Shown here: piece by piece, positions 52,378 through 62,568 of the stretch
Position numbering within the stretch: position 1 is the stretch's first letter
Layout of the letters: the number at the start of each line of letters is the position of its first letter
Origin: Acidobacteriota bacterium
GTDB taxonomy: Bacteria > Acidobacteriota > Thermoanaerobaculia > Gp7-AA8
Length of the DNA stretch: 64,000 nucleotides
Assembly: GCA_019244185.1 (NCBI GenBank)
Contig: JAFATB010000019.1
Coordinates: forward strand, 1-64,000
Direction of reading: 5' to 3'
Notes under the pieces: generated by a model
Seen by the model: the letters and a program-made list of their open reading frames with translations, nothing else
What the model was told of the DNA's origin: nothing
Database searches by the model: none
Translations under genes and position numbers: made by a program

Positions 52378-53468
52378 GCGATGGGGTTCACTTCGCCGAG
52401 CCACTCCATCGCGCGCACGCCGCGCGCCGCGCGCGCCTTCGAGCGCTCGATGCCGAGGACGATCAGCCGCTCGATCAGCCGCGGGTACTTGAGCTCCGTC
52501 GCCTCCCACAACTTCGGATACATGGAGATGTTCGTGAAGCCGGGAATCGTGTTGATCTCGTTCACGTACAGCCGGTTCGTGCCGCGCTCGAGGAAAAAGT
52601 CGACGCGCGCGAAGCCGGACGCGCCGACCGCCTTGAACGCGGTGATCGCGTGGCGCCGCAGCTCGTCCGACTTGTCCTTGGCGAGCTTCGCCGGAATCAC
52701 GAGCTGCGATTTGTCGTCGACGTACTTATCCGTGTAGTCGTAGAAGTCGCGCCCCGCGACGATCTCCCCCGGCACCGACGCTTCCGGATTCTCGTTGCCG
52801 AGCACCGAGACCTCGAGCTCGCGCGCGTCGACGCCGCGCTCGACGAGCACCTTCTCGTCGAACCGCAGCGCGTGCTCCATCGCCGCGTCGAGCATGCCGT
52901 CGTTCTTCACCTTCGTCACGCCGACGGACGAGCCGCTGTTCGCGGGCTTGACGAAGTACGGCAGCCGCAGCGCGTTCGTGACCGCGCGCGTGACGCGCTC
53001 GCGCTCGTGGCGCCACTCGCGCTCCTGCACCGCGACGTGATCGACCATCGGCAGCTTCGCCGCGGCGAACGCGTGGCGCATGTGCACCTTGTCCATGCCC
53101 ACCGCGGACGCGGTGACGCCGCTGCCGACGTATGGCAGACCAAGGATCTCGAGGTAGCCCTGCAGCGAGCCGTCTTCGCCGCCGGTGCCGTGGATCAGCG
53201 GAAAAACGACGTCGATGGCCTGGCCGCGCGACCACGTCTCGAACGAAAAGTCCTTGTCGCCGCTCGCGCTCTTGTCGTCGCCCGCGAGGATGCGCGCGCT
53301 GCGCTCGGGCGCGATGAAGCGTCCGTCGCGCGCGATGCAGACCGGCACGAGCTCGATGCGCTGCCGCGGCGCGGCCGCGGCCACCGAGCGCGCGGAGAGG
53401 ATCGACACCTCGTGCTCGGCGCTGCGGCCGCCGAACAGGAGGATGACGCGAAGAGGCGACGTGATCAT
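52374..53468 (-). CDS. ddl: D-alanine--D-alanine ligase
   Basis: FGGRSAEHEVS, HGTGGEDG, MDK, VKPANSGSSVG, FYDY, NEINTIPGFT. Confidence 0.97.
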   Translation of the reverse strand: MITSPLRVILLFGGRSAEHEVSILSARSVAAAAPRQRIELVPVCIARDGRFIAPERSARILAGDDKSASGDKDFSFETWSRGQAIDVVFPLIHGTGGEDGSLQGYLEILGLPYVGSGVTASAVGMDKVHMRHAFAAAKLPMVDHVAVQEREWRHERERVTRAVTNALRLPYFVKPANSGSSVGVTKVKNDGMLDAAMEHALRFDEKVLVERGVDARELEVSVLGNENPEASVPGEIVAGRDFYDYTDKYVDDKSQLVIPAKLAKDKSDELRRHAITAFKAVGASGFARVDFFLERGTNRLYVNEINTIPGFTNISMYPKLWEATELKYPRLIERLIVLGIERSKARAARGVRAMEWLGEVNPIA

Positions 53469-53501
53469 GCGAGCAGCTGCCGGATGACGACCCGCGACGG
53501 C

Positions 53502-55043
53502 TCAGTGCCCGAGCGGGATGCTTCCCAGCAGGTACTTGAGATCGTCGTCGCGCCAGCGCACGCCGCCGCCGAACGTGAAGGCGGTGTCGTTGAGCGCGTT
53601 GTCGATGCCGCCGGTGATGAAGATGCGCGGCGTGCGCGGCTTCTCGTTGCGGATCGTGTACTCGCCGAAGAGGCGCAGGTGCGGCATGTCGTCGCGGCGC
53701 TTGCCGAAGTCGAACGCCTCGCCGGTGATGCGCAGGCGCGGGTTGTACTGGTAGTCGACGCCCGCGCCGCCGGTCGAGTCGAAGAGGCCGACGCGCACGG
53801 CGAGATCGTCGAGCACCCAGCCGACCTGGCCGGAGATGAGGAAGTCGCGGTCGAACTTGGTCGTCTTCGTGACGATGGTCTGCGACTCGCCGGTGTCGGC
53901 GTTGGTCACGGTCTGCACGTCGAACTTGTCGCGCCGGCGTCCGCGCGGATCGTCGGCGAGGGCGATGTTGTAGAAGCGGTTGTTCTGCGGATTCGGCGTG
54001 AGGCGCACGCCGAGCTCCGCGCGCGAGTTGCCGCCGAAGTCGGGGCTCTGGCCGCCGACTTCCTGCGGCTGGTTCGCGCCGGCGAGATACTCCGACTTGA
54101 TGCCGATGTCGAGGCCGAGGCGGTTCGCGCGGCCGAGCGTTTCCTGCAGCGACTTGACGCCGCTCTCGACGGAGGCGAGCGCACTCGTGAGCCGCTCGTG
54201 CGCCTCGTCGCTGTAGAAGAGTTTGCCGACCGTGCCCTGGCCGCTCTTCACCTGTCCCGTGATGGCGTTGAGGTTGTCGGCGGTCACGCGCAGATCGCCG
54301 GAGAGGCCGCGCAGGTTCTGCACGACGGCGCGGACGTCGTCGCGATTGTCGCCGACGGTTCCGCCGATCTGACTGGCCACGCGATCGATGGAGTTCGCGA
54401 GCCGCGGGATCTCGACGCGCAGCTGCGCGGTGATCTCGCGCGTGTTCGCAAGCGTGGCGTCGACGTTCGCGCGGTTCGCGACGATGAGCGCGCGCACGTC
54501 CGCCGTGATCCCGCGCACGTTCTCGACGATGTCGATGAGGCGCTGCTGTCCTTCCGGTCCGGCCATCACCGTGCGCAGCGACGCCGTGATCGCTTTCACA
54601 TCCGTCGCGATCGCCGCGACCTGGTCGGTGACCTGATCGAACGACGCGGGCGCGGAGCCCTGCAACACGAGCGTCTGTTCCGTGCCGACGGCGGGTGAGT
54701 TCGCGGTGCCGGGCGTGAGCTCGATGTACTTCTCGCCGAGGAGGCCGAGGTTCGCCACTTTCGCGGTCGCGTTCTGATGGAGCGGCACGTCGCCGTCGAT
54801 CTTCATCGTCACTTCGGCGCGGCCGTCGGGCAGCACCTTGATGTCGCTGACGTGACCCTTGCGCACGCCGGCGATGCGCACCGCGGACTCGCGATCGAGT
54901 CCGGCGACGTCGTTGAAGATCGCCTTCACCTCGCGCGCGTTGCCCGAGCGGCGCAGATTGATGTCCTCGATGCGCAGGATGAAGAACCCGAGCACCCCGA
55001 GCGCGACCAGCATCACCAACCCGACTTTTGCTGCAGACGTCAT
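53502..55043 (-). CDS. MCE/MlaD family protein with long helical region and C-terminal beta-strand-rich domain
   Basis: AKVGL TM; FNDVAGL...VRIAGV...GLLGEKYIELTPG; heptad helices; GQGTVGKL; amphipathic strands to the end. Confidence 0.9.
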   Translation of the reverse strand: MTSAAKVGLVMLVALGVLGFFILRIEDINLRRSGNAREVKAIFNDVAGLDRESAVRIAGVRKGHVSDIKVLPDGRAEVTMKIDGDVPLHQNATAKVANLGLLGEKYIELTPGTANSPAVGTEQTLVLQGSAPASFDQVTDQVAAIATDVKAITASLRTVMAGPEGQQRLIDIVENVRGITADVRALIVANRANVDATLANTREITAQLRVEIPRLANSIDRVASQIGGTVGDNRDDVRAVVQNLRGLSGDLRVTADNLNAITGQVKSGQGTVGKLFYSDEAHERLTSALASVESGVKSLQETLGRANRLGLDIGIKSEYLAGANQPQEVGGQSPDFGGNSRAELGVRLTPNPQNNRFYNIALADDPRGRRRDKFDVQTVTNADTGESQTIVTKTTKFDRDFLISGQVGWVLDDLAVRVGLFDSTGGAGVDYQYNPRLRITGEAFDFGKRRDDMPHLRLFGEYTIRNEKPRTPRIFITGGIDNALNDTAFTFGGGVRWRDDDLKYLLGSIPLGH

Positions 55044-55633
55044 GGTTCCACTCCGTTGGTTTGTAGAGGATCGATTCCGGCCTTCCGCAACATCAGGAAG
55101 AGCGTAGCAAGCGGTAGTCCGACCACGTTCGTGAAGCTGCCGTGCACGGAGTCGATGAACATCGAGCCGATCCCTTGCACGGCGTACGCCCCCGCCTTGT
55201 CGAGCGGCTCGCCTGTGCGAACGTACCATTCGATGTCGCTCGGCGACATCGGCAGCATCCGCACTTCCGACTCCGACACGCGCGTCTCGCAGTAGCGCAG
55301 GTCGACGTTCTGCAGCGTGACACCCGTATAAACAATGTGCGTGCGTCCGGCGATGGTGGCCAGCATGCGCTCGGCATCGGCGGCGTCGGCCGGTTTCTCG
55401 AGCAGCTCGTCACCATAGAGAACGGTGGTGTCGGCGGCGATGACCCACCGCGACGGATTCGCCGACGCGAGCGCCTGCGCCTTGTCGCGGGAGAGCCGCG
55501 CGACGTACTCCTCCGGCGCCTCGCCTTCCGCGCGCACTTCCGGCACGTGGCTCGGGAGGACGTCGAAGTCGAGGCCGATCATGGCCAGCAGCTCGCGCCG
55601 CCGCGGCGATGCCGAGGCGAGGATGAACTTCAC
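55040..55633 (-). CDS. maf: Maf family nucleotide pyrophosphatase
   Basis: ILASASPRRRELL, AADTTV, KP, DKAGAYAVQG, NVVGLP. Confidence 0.96.
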   Translation of the reverse strand: MKFILASASPRRRELLAMIGLDFDVLPSHVPEVRAEGEAPEEYVARLSRDKAQALASANPSRWVIAADTTVLYGDELLEKPADAADAERMLATIAGRTHIVYTGVTLQNVDLRYCETRVSESEVRMLPMSPSDIEWYVRTGEPLDKAGAYAVQGIGSMFIDSVHGSFTNVVGLPLATLFLMLRKAGIDPLQTNGVEP

Positions 55634-55643
55634 GCGCGCAAGT

Positions 55644-55901
55644 CTATCGCGCGGACTGCCGAACGCGCGCGATGGTCAGCACCACGATGAACCGCGCCTC
55701 GGCCACGATCCGATAGATGATGCGCAGCGCGCCGACGCGGTACGACCAGAGCCCTTTCAGCGGATCGAACAGCGGCGCGCCGGCGATCGGATCGTCGTCG
55801 ATGCGCTGCAGCGCGTCGCGCACGGCCGCGCGCTCGTCGCCGGTCAGCGCGTGAAAGTCGCGCTCGGCCGTCTCGGTGATGCGCAGCCTGTCATTCCACA
55901 T
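55644..55901 (-). CDS. RelE/ParE family toxin
   Basis: 85 aa; ITETAERDF...DPIAGAPL...LKGLWSYRVGALRIIYRI. Confidence 0.85.
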   Translation of the reverse strand: MWNDRLRITETAERDFHALTGDERAAVRDALQRIDDDPIAGAPLFDPLKGLWSYRVGALRIIYRIVAEARFIVVLTIARVRQSAR

Positions 55902-56151
55902 CGAACAGCTCTTCGACGAGCAGCACTTTCCCCGTGCGCCCTTCTTCTTCCGCGGTCTCGATCTGCGCGTAAAGCAACGGCTCGTTCACGATCTCGATCG
56001 TCTCGCGCAGCGCGAGGTACTCGTCGTACGAGACCAGCATGGCCACCGGGCGCTCGTTGCGCGTGAAGAGCGTCTGCGTGCCGGTGATCTCGCATTCGCT
56101 CACGAGCGCGCGCGCGGCGTCGTCGAGATCGAGCACGTCGATCGTTTTCAT
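55891..56151 (-). CDS. Phd/YefM family antitoxin
   Basis: 86 aa, acidic; TRNERPVAMLVSYDEYLALRETIEI; overlaps the toxin start. Confidence 0.85.
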   Translation of the reverse strand: MKTIDVLDLDDAARALVSECEITGTQTLFTRNERPVAMLVSYDEYLALRETIEIVNEPLLYAQIETAEEEGRTGKVLLVEELFDVE

Positions 56152-56159
56152 CGCGTCGC

Positions 56160-57071
56160 TTACGAGGCCGCGACGGTCTCGCTCTCCGGCGCGGTGACCG
56201 CGGGCGGCGCGGCCACGCTCTCGAGGTATGCGCGGAACTCGCGCGCGAGCTGCGGGTGGCGCAGCGCGTAATCAACGGTCGCTTTGAGGTAGCCGAGCTT
56301 CTCGCCGGCGTCGTAGCGCGTGCCTTCGAAGACGTAGCCGTAGAAGTCGCCCTGCTGCACGAGCGCGCGCAGCGCATCCGTGAGCTGGATCTCGCCGCCC
56401 GCGCCGCGTTCCGTTTGCTCGATGAGCGGGAACACTTCCGGCGGCAGGATGTAGCGGCCGATGATGGCGTAGCGCGACGGCGCGTTCGCCTTCGGCTTCT
56501 CGACCATGTCCGTGACTTTGAAGCGCCGTCCGCTCTCCAGCTCGCCCGCGACGATGCCGTAGCGCGACGTTTCTTCGGCGGAGACTTCCATCAGCGCGAT
56601 GACCGGCCGGCCCGTCTCCTCAAACACCCGGCGCATCTGCAGCAGACACGGCTCCTCGGCGAGGATGACGTCGTCCGGCAGCACGACCGCGAACGGATGA
56701 TTGCCGACGGCGTCGCGCGCGGTGAGCACCGCGTGCCCGAGGCCGAGCGCTTCCTTCTGGCGGACGGAGATGAGATCGACCATGCGGCTGACCAGATCGA
56801 CTTCCGCGAGGAGATCGTGTTTGTTGCGCTCGCGCAGCGAACGTTCGAGCTCCGCGGTGCGGTCGAAGTGATCGAGGATCGTGTCCTTCCCCTTCGAGGT
56901 CACGATCACGAGTTTGTTCATGCCGGAGTCGCGCGCTTCCTCGATGCCGTACTGGAGGATCGGCTTGTCGACGAGCGGCAGCATCTCCTTCGGGATGACT
57001 TTCGTCGCCGGAAAGAAGCGGGTGCCGAAGCCGGCGCAGGGGAAGACGCACGTGCGTAGCGTGTCGGTCAT
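56160..57071 (-). CDS. galU: UTP--glucose-1-phosphate uridylyltransferase
   Basis: PCAGFGTRFFPATK..PKEMLPLVDKP, RQKEALGLGHAV, VEKP, GGEIQLTDA. Confidence 0.96.
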   Translation of the reverse strand: MTDTLRTCVFPCAGFGTRFFPATKVIPKEMLPLVDKPILQYGIEEARDSGMNKLVIVTSKGKDTILDHFDRTAELERSLRERNKHDLLAEVDLVSRMVDLISVRQKEALGLGHAVLTARDAVGNHPFAVVLPDDVILAEEPCLLQMRRVFEETGRPVIALMEVSAEETSRYGIVAGELESGRRFKVTDMVEKPKANAPSRYAIIGRYILPPEVFPLIEQTERGAGGEIQLTDALRALVQQGDFYGYVFEGTRYDAGEKLGYLKATVDYALRHPQLAREFRAYLESVAAPPAVTAPESETVAAS

Positions 57072-57496
57072 GAGCGGGGGTAAGCATACAGCGAGCGTCC
57101 GCGCGGCAGAAACGCGCGCTTCCGCGGAGCGCGCGGACACGGACGTGTCACGGAACCGCGTCCGCGCTGCAAAGCAGGCGCGGAAATCCGAAGCGGCGAT
57201 TCGCTTCCCTGAATTGAATTTCCGAATTTCCGCTTCCAATTCCGTAATGCCGCACAATGAATTTCTCAGCCATTGAATAAAACCTGCTGAAATACAGGTG
57301 TAACAACCGTGACCGTTCCGTGCAAATCGCGTTCAATGAACGAGATGCGTAATTACAGGCCATTGAAGAAATGCGCTGTACACCGTTCGTTCACAATGCA
57401 TTGAAGGCGTTGGCCCACAATGAGTTCCGCGACATGGCACGAGCGGCTGCGATCGTGCACTGAGAGCGACTCCGAAAATTCGAAAGGAGTCGAAGA

Positions 57497-60400
57497 ATGA
57501 GACAACGCCCCATCGTCCGATCATCGCTCTCTCTCTTCACCGCGCTGCTCGCGTCACTGCTCGTGACCGTCAGCGCATTCGCTCAGCTGCAGACCGGCAA
57601 CATCTTCGGTACCGTCAAAGGTGCCGACGGCGCCGTGCTGCCCGGAGTCACCGTCACCCTCTCCGGCGTCGGCGCGCCGCAGACGACGGTCACCGACGAA
57701 ACTGGACGCTTCCGCTTCATCAGCCTCTCTCCCGCCACCTACACGCTCAAGGCCGAACTGGCCGGCTACGGCACGGCGTCGCGGAGCGGCGTCACCGTCA
57801 ACATCGGCCGCAATGCCGACGTCGAGATGAAACTCAGCCCCTCGATCTCGGACGCGATCGTGGTCACGTCGGACGCGCCGCTGCTCGACACGCGCAAGAC
57901 CGGCACCGGCAACGACGTGCCGCGCGTGGAGCTCGAGAAGATCCCGTCGGCGCGCGACCCGTGGGTCATCCTGCAGCAGACGCCCGGCGTCTCGATGGAC
58001 CGCAACAACGTCGGCGGCAACGAGTCCGGCCAGCAGTCGGTGTACGTGTCGAAAGGCACGGTCGGCACGCAGGCGACGTGGAACGTCGACGGCGTCAATG
58101 TCACGGACTTCGCCGCGACCGGCTCTTCGCCTTCCTACTACGACTTCGACTCGTTCGAGGAAATGCAGATCACGACCGGCGGCTCCGACCCGCGCATCAT
58201 GACGCCGGGCGTGCAGCTGAACATGGTCACCAAGCGCGGCACGAACGACTTCAACGGCTCGGCGCGCTATTACCGCACGTCCAACGCCTGGCAGGCCGAC
58301 CCGCGCATTCCGTCCGAGGCGTCGTCGTACCTCGCGCGCGTCAACGAGATCAACGGCATCAGCGACGCCGGCGGCGAAGTCGGCGGCCCGATCATCAAGG
58401 ACAAGCTCTGGTTCTGGGGTGGATACGGCAAGCAGAACATCAACATCCTGTCGGCGTCGATCGTCGCGGGCGCCCGCTTCCAGGACAAGACGCTGCTCAA
58501 AAACGAGAACCTCAAGTTCAACGCTCAGCCGTGGGCGTCGAACAGCCTCACGTTCGTCGACCAATTCGGCGACAAGATCAAGCTCGGTCGCAACGTCAGC
58601 ACGACCCGCTTCCCCGCCAGCGCGTGGAACCAGGACAACCGCTACGACAACGGCACCGGCAGCCTCACCGATCCGACGCTGCTCAAGGTGGAAGACACGC
58701 AGCTCTTCGGCTCGAACCTCTATTTCACCGGCCTCGTTTCGAAGGTGCAGGGCGGCTTCCAGCTCATCGCCGACAACGGCAAGGGCTGCCGGACGTTCGA
58801 CTGCGGCATGGACACGCTTCCCGCCTACATCAGTGAAGCGGACGGCGGCGCGTTCGAGCGCAGCTACCTCAGCGTCGAAGGCCTCCGCCCGCAGACACAG
58901 TACCGCCTCGACGGCTCGGCGTTCCTGAACACGGGCGCGATCAATCACGAGCTGAAGTTCGGTTACGGCTACCGCGAAGCGAAGGTCACCTCGCGCACCG
59001 CGTGGCCGGGCGGCGAATACACCGACCTCTATTCCGAGACCGGCGGCACCGACGTCGTCGCGCTCCAGCGCTTCCCGCTCCTCACGTTCTTCTCGAAATC
59101 GACCGATGCGTACATCGGCGACACGATGCTCCTCGGCAATCTGACCGTGCAGGCGGCCCTCCGCTTCGACCAGCAGAAGGGCGGCAACAGCGCCGGCGTC
59201 GCACAGGCGAACCCGGTCATTCCGGAGGTCCTGCCGACGATCAACTTCGACGCCGCGACCGGCCTGACGTGGCGCAATGTCTCGCCCCGCATCGGCATCA
59301 CGTACGCCCTCGGCGCGGATCGCCGCACGCTGCTGCGCGCCGGCTACAACCGCTATGTCGATCAGATGTCGGCGACCACGGTCACACCCACATCCGCCGG
59401 CGCCTATTCACTGGTCTACTACTACTTCAACGATCTCAATCACGACAAGATCGCGCAGCACGACGAGATCGACTTCGACTACGGTCCGCTCGCATTCGGC
59501 GGCTTCGATCCCTCCAATCCCACCGCCAGCACCGCGTTCACGCGCTGGGACCACAATCTCAAGGCGCCGACCACCGATGAAATCCTCCTCGGCGGCGAGC
59601 GCGAAATCCTCACGAACTTCAGCGTCGGCGTGAACCTCACCTACCGCAAACTGCGCGACTTCATCGGCACGTACGGCGAGAAGCACCAGGGCCAGAGCGA
59701 CTTCCTCACCTCCGCTGATTACGTGCAGGCCGCGCCGGTCACCGCGACGCTGCCGAACGGACAGACCCGTTCGCTCACGTATTACCAGCTCGCGCCGGGC
59801 GTCGCCGTTCCGGTCTACAGCGTCATCCGCAACATCCCCGATTACTCGCAGACCTACAAAGGCCTCGAGCTGAATCTCATCAAGCGCATGTCGAACCGCT
59901 GGATGATGCGCGGCAACCTCACACTGCAGGACTGGACGCAGGACGCCGGCCCCGGCGCCTCCGCCGATCCGACGCTGCAGCGCACGACGCAGGGCTCCGG
60001 CTTCTTCACCGCCTGCCTCACCTGCGACGGCTCGGTCATCTATCAGTCGACCGGCTCGGGCAGCAAGGGCAACGTCTACATCAACTCGAAGTGGTCGACG
60101 AGCCTCACCGGCCTCTATCAGATTCCGATCGTCGAGACCTCGCTCGGCTTCAACCTCAATTCGCGTCAGGGTTACGCGCTGCCGTACGTCTGGCTCGTGC
60201 GTCCGCCGACGGGTGAAGGCACGAAGGCGCTCATCGCCACCGAAGACGTCGACAGCGTGCGCCTCCCGAACGTGACGCAGCTCGACATGAACCTGTCGAA
60301 GGACTTCCGCGTCCACGGCGTCGGCTTCACGGTCTCCGTCGATGCGTTCAACATCCTCAACAGCAACACGATCCTGCAGCGCAATGTCACACAGCTCAAC

Positions 60401-60499
60401 TCCCAGGCCAATGTCAGCACTCCGGCCCTGTCGTCGAACCGGGTCGCGGAGGTGATGTCGCCGCGCGTCTTCCGCCTCGGTGCGCGGTTCTCTTTCTAG
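57497..60499 (+). CDS. TonB-dependent receptor, Oar-like, with carboxypeptidase-regulatory-like N-domain
   Basis: Signal peptide; GTVKGADGAVLPGVTVTL; RDPW; VDGVN; NMVTKRGTNDFNG; GGPIIKDKLWF; SPRIG; C-terminal PRVFRLGARFSF; AAGGAG RBS. Confidence 0.93.
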   Translation: MRQRPIVRSSLSLFTALLASLLVTVSAFAQLQTGNIFGTVKGADGAVLPGVTVTLSGVGAPQTTVTDETGRFRFISLSPATYTLKAELAGYGTASRSGVTVNIGRNADVEMKLSPSISDAIVVTSDAPLLDTRKTGTGNDVPRVELEKIPSARDPWVILQQTPGVSMDRNNVGGNESGQQSVYVSKGTVGTQATWNVDGVNVTDFAATGSSPSYYDFDSFEEMQITTGGSDPRIMTPGVQLNMVTKRGTNDFNGSARYYRTSNAWQADPRIPSEASSYLARVNEINGISDAGGEVGGPIIKDKLWFWGGYGKQNINILSASIVAGARFQDKTLLKNENLKFNAQPWASNSLTFVDQFGDKIKLGRNVSTTRFPASAWNQDNRYDNGTGSLTDPTLLKVEDTQLFGSNLYFTGLVSKVQGGFQLIADNGKGCRTFDCGMDTLPAYISEADGGAFERSYLSVEGLRPQTQYRLDGSAFLNTGAINHELKFGYGYREAKVTSRTAWPGGEYTDLYSETGGTDVVALQRFPLLTFFSKSTDAYIGDTMLLGNLTVQAALRFDQQKGGNSAGVAQANPVIPEVLPTINFDAATGLTWRNVSPRIGITYALGADRRTLLRAGYNRYVDQMSATTVTPTSAGAYSLVYYYFNDLNHDKIAQHDEIDFDYGPLAFGGFDPSNPTASTAFTRWDHNLKAPTTDEILLGGEREILTNFSVGVNLTYRKLRDFIGTYGEKHQGQSDFLTSADYVQAAPVTATLPNGQTRSLTYYQLAPGVAVPVYSVIRNIPDYSQTYKGLELNLIKRMSNRWMMRGNLTLQDWTQDAGPGASADPTLQRTTQGSGFFTACLTCDGSVIYQSTGSGSKGNVYINSKWSTSLTGLYQIPIVETSLGFNLNSRQGYALPYVWLVRPPTGEGTKALIATEDVDSVRLPNVTQLDMNLSKDFRVHGVGFTVSVDAFNILNSNTILQRNVTQLNSQANVSTPALSSNRVAEVMSPRVFRLGARFSF

Positions 60500-60521
60500 A
60501 TTTCAGTTTCAGCGTTGCGAC

Positions 60522-60559
60522 GGGCCCGCCGGTTCATTCCGGCGGGCCCTTTGTATTTG
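60522..60559 (+). terminator. Intrinsic terminator
   Basis: GGGCCCGCCGG-TTCATT-CCGGCGGGCCC followed by TTTGTATTTG. Confidence 0.8.
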
Positions 60560-60624
60560 TGCGCGGGTGATGGCGGCGCGTTTGCTAGGGCCGCGTATGG
60601 TAAAACTGTCGACCATCGGCCACC

Positions 60625-62556
60625 ATGCGTAAAGTCCTGATTCTCCTCGCGCTCGTCGTCACGACGAGCTCTCTCTCCGCGCAATGGCGCCGCGCAGGTC
60701 TCTTCGGCGCCGACGTGCGCGCCCTCATCGCCGATCCCGCTTCCCCCGACACGCTCTACCTCGGCACGAGCGGCGGCGAGGTGTACGTCTCCCGCGACGG
60801 CGCACAGACGTGGGTCACGCCGCGCAACGGCACGCCGTTCCCCGGCTACGTCGTCGACAACCTCGTCATCGATCGCGAGGGAAAACTGTGGGCGGCATCG
60901 TGGGGCCTCTGGGGCGGCGGCGTGATCGCGGTGTCGAACGACGGCGGCCGCACGTGGACGCGCCGCGACGCGGGACTCGAGGACTTTTCCGTGCGCGCGA
61001 TCGCGGTCGATCCGAACGACGCGAGCTTCGTGCTCGTCGGCGGCCTCACCGGCGTCTACGCGAGCCACGACGGCGGCACGACGTGGGCACAACTCTCCGA
61101 TCAGGTGAACGTCGAGTCGCTGGCCATCGACCCGCGCTCGCACGACCGCATCTTCATCGGCACGTGGCGCCAGGGCTGGCGCACCGACGACGGCGGCAAG
61201 ACGTGGAAGCACATCGACGAGGGGATGGTCCTCGACACCGACATGTTCTCGATCACCGTCGATCCGGAGAAGCCGGACAACGTCTGGGTGGCGACGTGCG
61301 GCTGGGTCTACAACTCGCAGAACGGCGGCGACAACTGGACGCGCTACCGCGACGGCTTCAACAACCGCCGCATCCATGATGTGGAGATCGACCCGTGCGA
61401 CAAGACGACCGTGTACGCGGGCTCGGTCGCGGGTCTCTATCGCTCCGACGACAACGGGAAGAGCTGGTACGCGGTGTCGGATGAAGGGCTGGTCGTGAAC
61501 TCGATCGTGCTGCACGCGCAGCGGCCGAACCGCATCGTGCTCGCCGTCGAAGGCGACGGCGTGTACGTGTCGAACGATCGCGGCAAGTCGTTCGCGCGCA
61601 CGAGCGACGGGCTGCACAACCTGCGCATCGCCACGATCGCGCCCGATCCGTTCCAGAAGAATCGCGTCTACTCCGCGGTGGTCTTCGGCGGCGCGGCATC
61701 CGGCATCTACCGCTCCGACGACGCGGGCCGCACGTGGGATCGCGCGAGCAAGACGCAGCTGCCCGAGGTGCTGTCGCTCGCGATCGCATCGGAAGCGGAT
61801 GCGGACGTGAAGTTCATCGCCGGCACGGAAAAGGGCTTCTTCTGGAGCAACGACGCGATCGAGTGGACGCAGGCGGAACCGTCCGGCTTCCCGATCCGCG
61901 TCGACAAAATCCTGCGCTTCAATCGCACGCGCTCGTTCGCCGCAACCGCGGAAGGGGTCTTCACGACGCGCGACGGCGGCAAGACGTGGTACCGCCTCGC
62001 CGGCGCAACGAATCGCGCCACCGACATCGCCATCGGCTCCATCGACGGGAAGAAGGCGCTCGTCGCCCTGACAAACGCGGGCCTGGAAGTCTTCGACGGG
62101 CAATCATGGATCGCGATCGCCGACGCGCCGACGCGCGGCCGCACGATCGCCGTCCGCAGCATCGACGGCTCCGACGTGATCTTCATCGCCGGCGCGCAAG
62201 GCGTGAAAGCAGGCTCGCTCGTCGAGCGCAAGTGGCAGCCGTCCATCGCTCCCGACGCGACGCTCGCCGCGGTCTACGGCGGCAGCCGCAGCAGCGGCCA
62301 GATGCTGTTCCTCACCTCACGCCAGCAACGCGAGATCCTCGTCGGCGAACCGTCCGACGCACAATGGAACGAGCTGACGCTCCCCACCGGCAATACGGAA
62401 GTGACGTCGATCGTCCCCGATCCGTTCGCCGTCGACCGCTATTACGTCGGCACCCTCGGCGAAGGCGTCTTCGTCTACGAAGGCAAGACCCGCCGCTATA
62501 CCGCACCCGCCAACCAGGAACGCGCGCAGCTGACGCCGGCGGGCACAGGGAACTAG
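60625..62556 (+). CDS. Secreted BNR/Asp-box beta-propeller protein (VPS10/YCF48-like)
   Basis: Signal peptide; many SxDGGxTW repeats. Confidence 0.9.
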   Translation: MRKVLILLALVVTTSSLSAQWRRAGLFGADVRALIADPASPDTLYLGTSGGEVYVSRDGAQTWVTPRNGTPFPGYVVDNLVIDREGKLWAASWGLWGGGVIAVSNDGGRTWTRRDAGLEDFSVRAIAVDPNDASFVLVGGLTGVYASHDGGTTWAQLSDQVNVESLAIDPRSHDRIFIGTWRQGWRTDDGGKTWKHIDEGMVLDTDMFSITVDPEKPDNVWVATCGWVYNSQNGGDNWTRYRDGFNNRRIHDVEIDPCDKTTVYAGSVAGLYRSDDNGKSWYAVSDEGLVVNSIVLHAQRPNRIVLAVEGDGVYVSNDRGKSFARTSDGLHNLRIATIAPDPFQKNRVYSAVVFGGAASGIYRSDDAGRTWDRASKTQLPEVLSLAIASEADADVKFIAGTEKGFFWSNDAIEWTQAEPSGFPIRVDKILRFNRTRSFAATAEGVFTTRDGGKTWYRLAGATNRATDIAIGSIDGKKALVALTNAGLEVFDGQSWIAIADAPTRGRTIAVRSIDGSDVIFIAGAQGVKAGSLVERKWQPSIAPDATLAAVYGGSRSSGQMLFLTSRQQREILVGEPSDAQWNELTLPTGNTEVTSIVPDPFAVDRYYVGTLGEGVFVYEGKTRRYTAPANQERAQLTPAGTGN

Positions 62557-62568
62557 GCCCCCGGTAGA

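Noticed and set aside
57435-57450. Sigma54 promoter TGGCACGAGCGGCTGC
   Set aside because: The -24 half is ideal but GG-to-GC spacing is 11 nt rather than the required 10.
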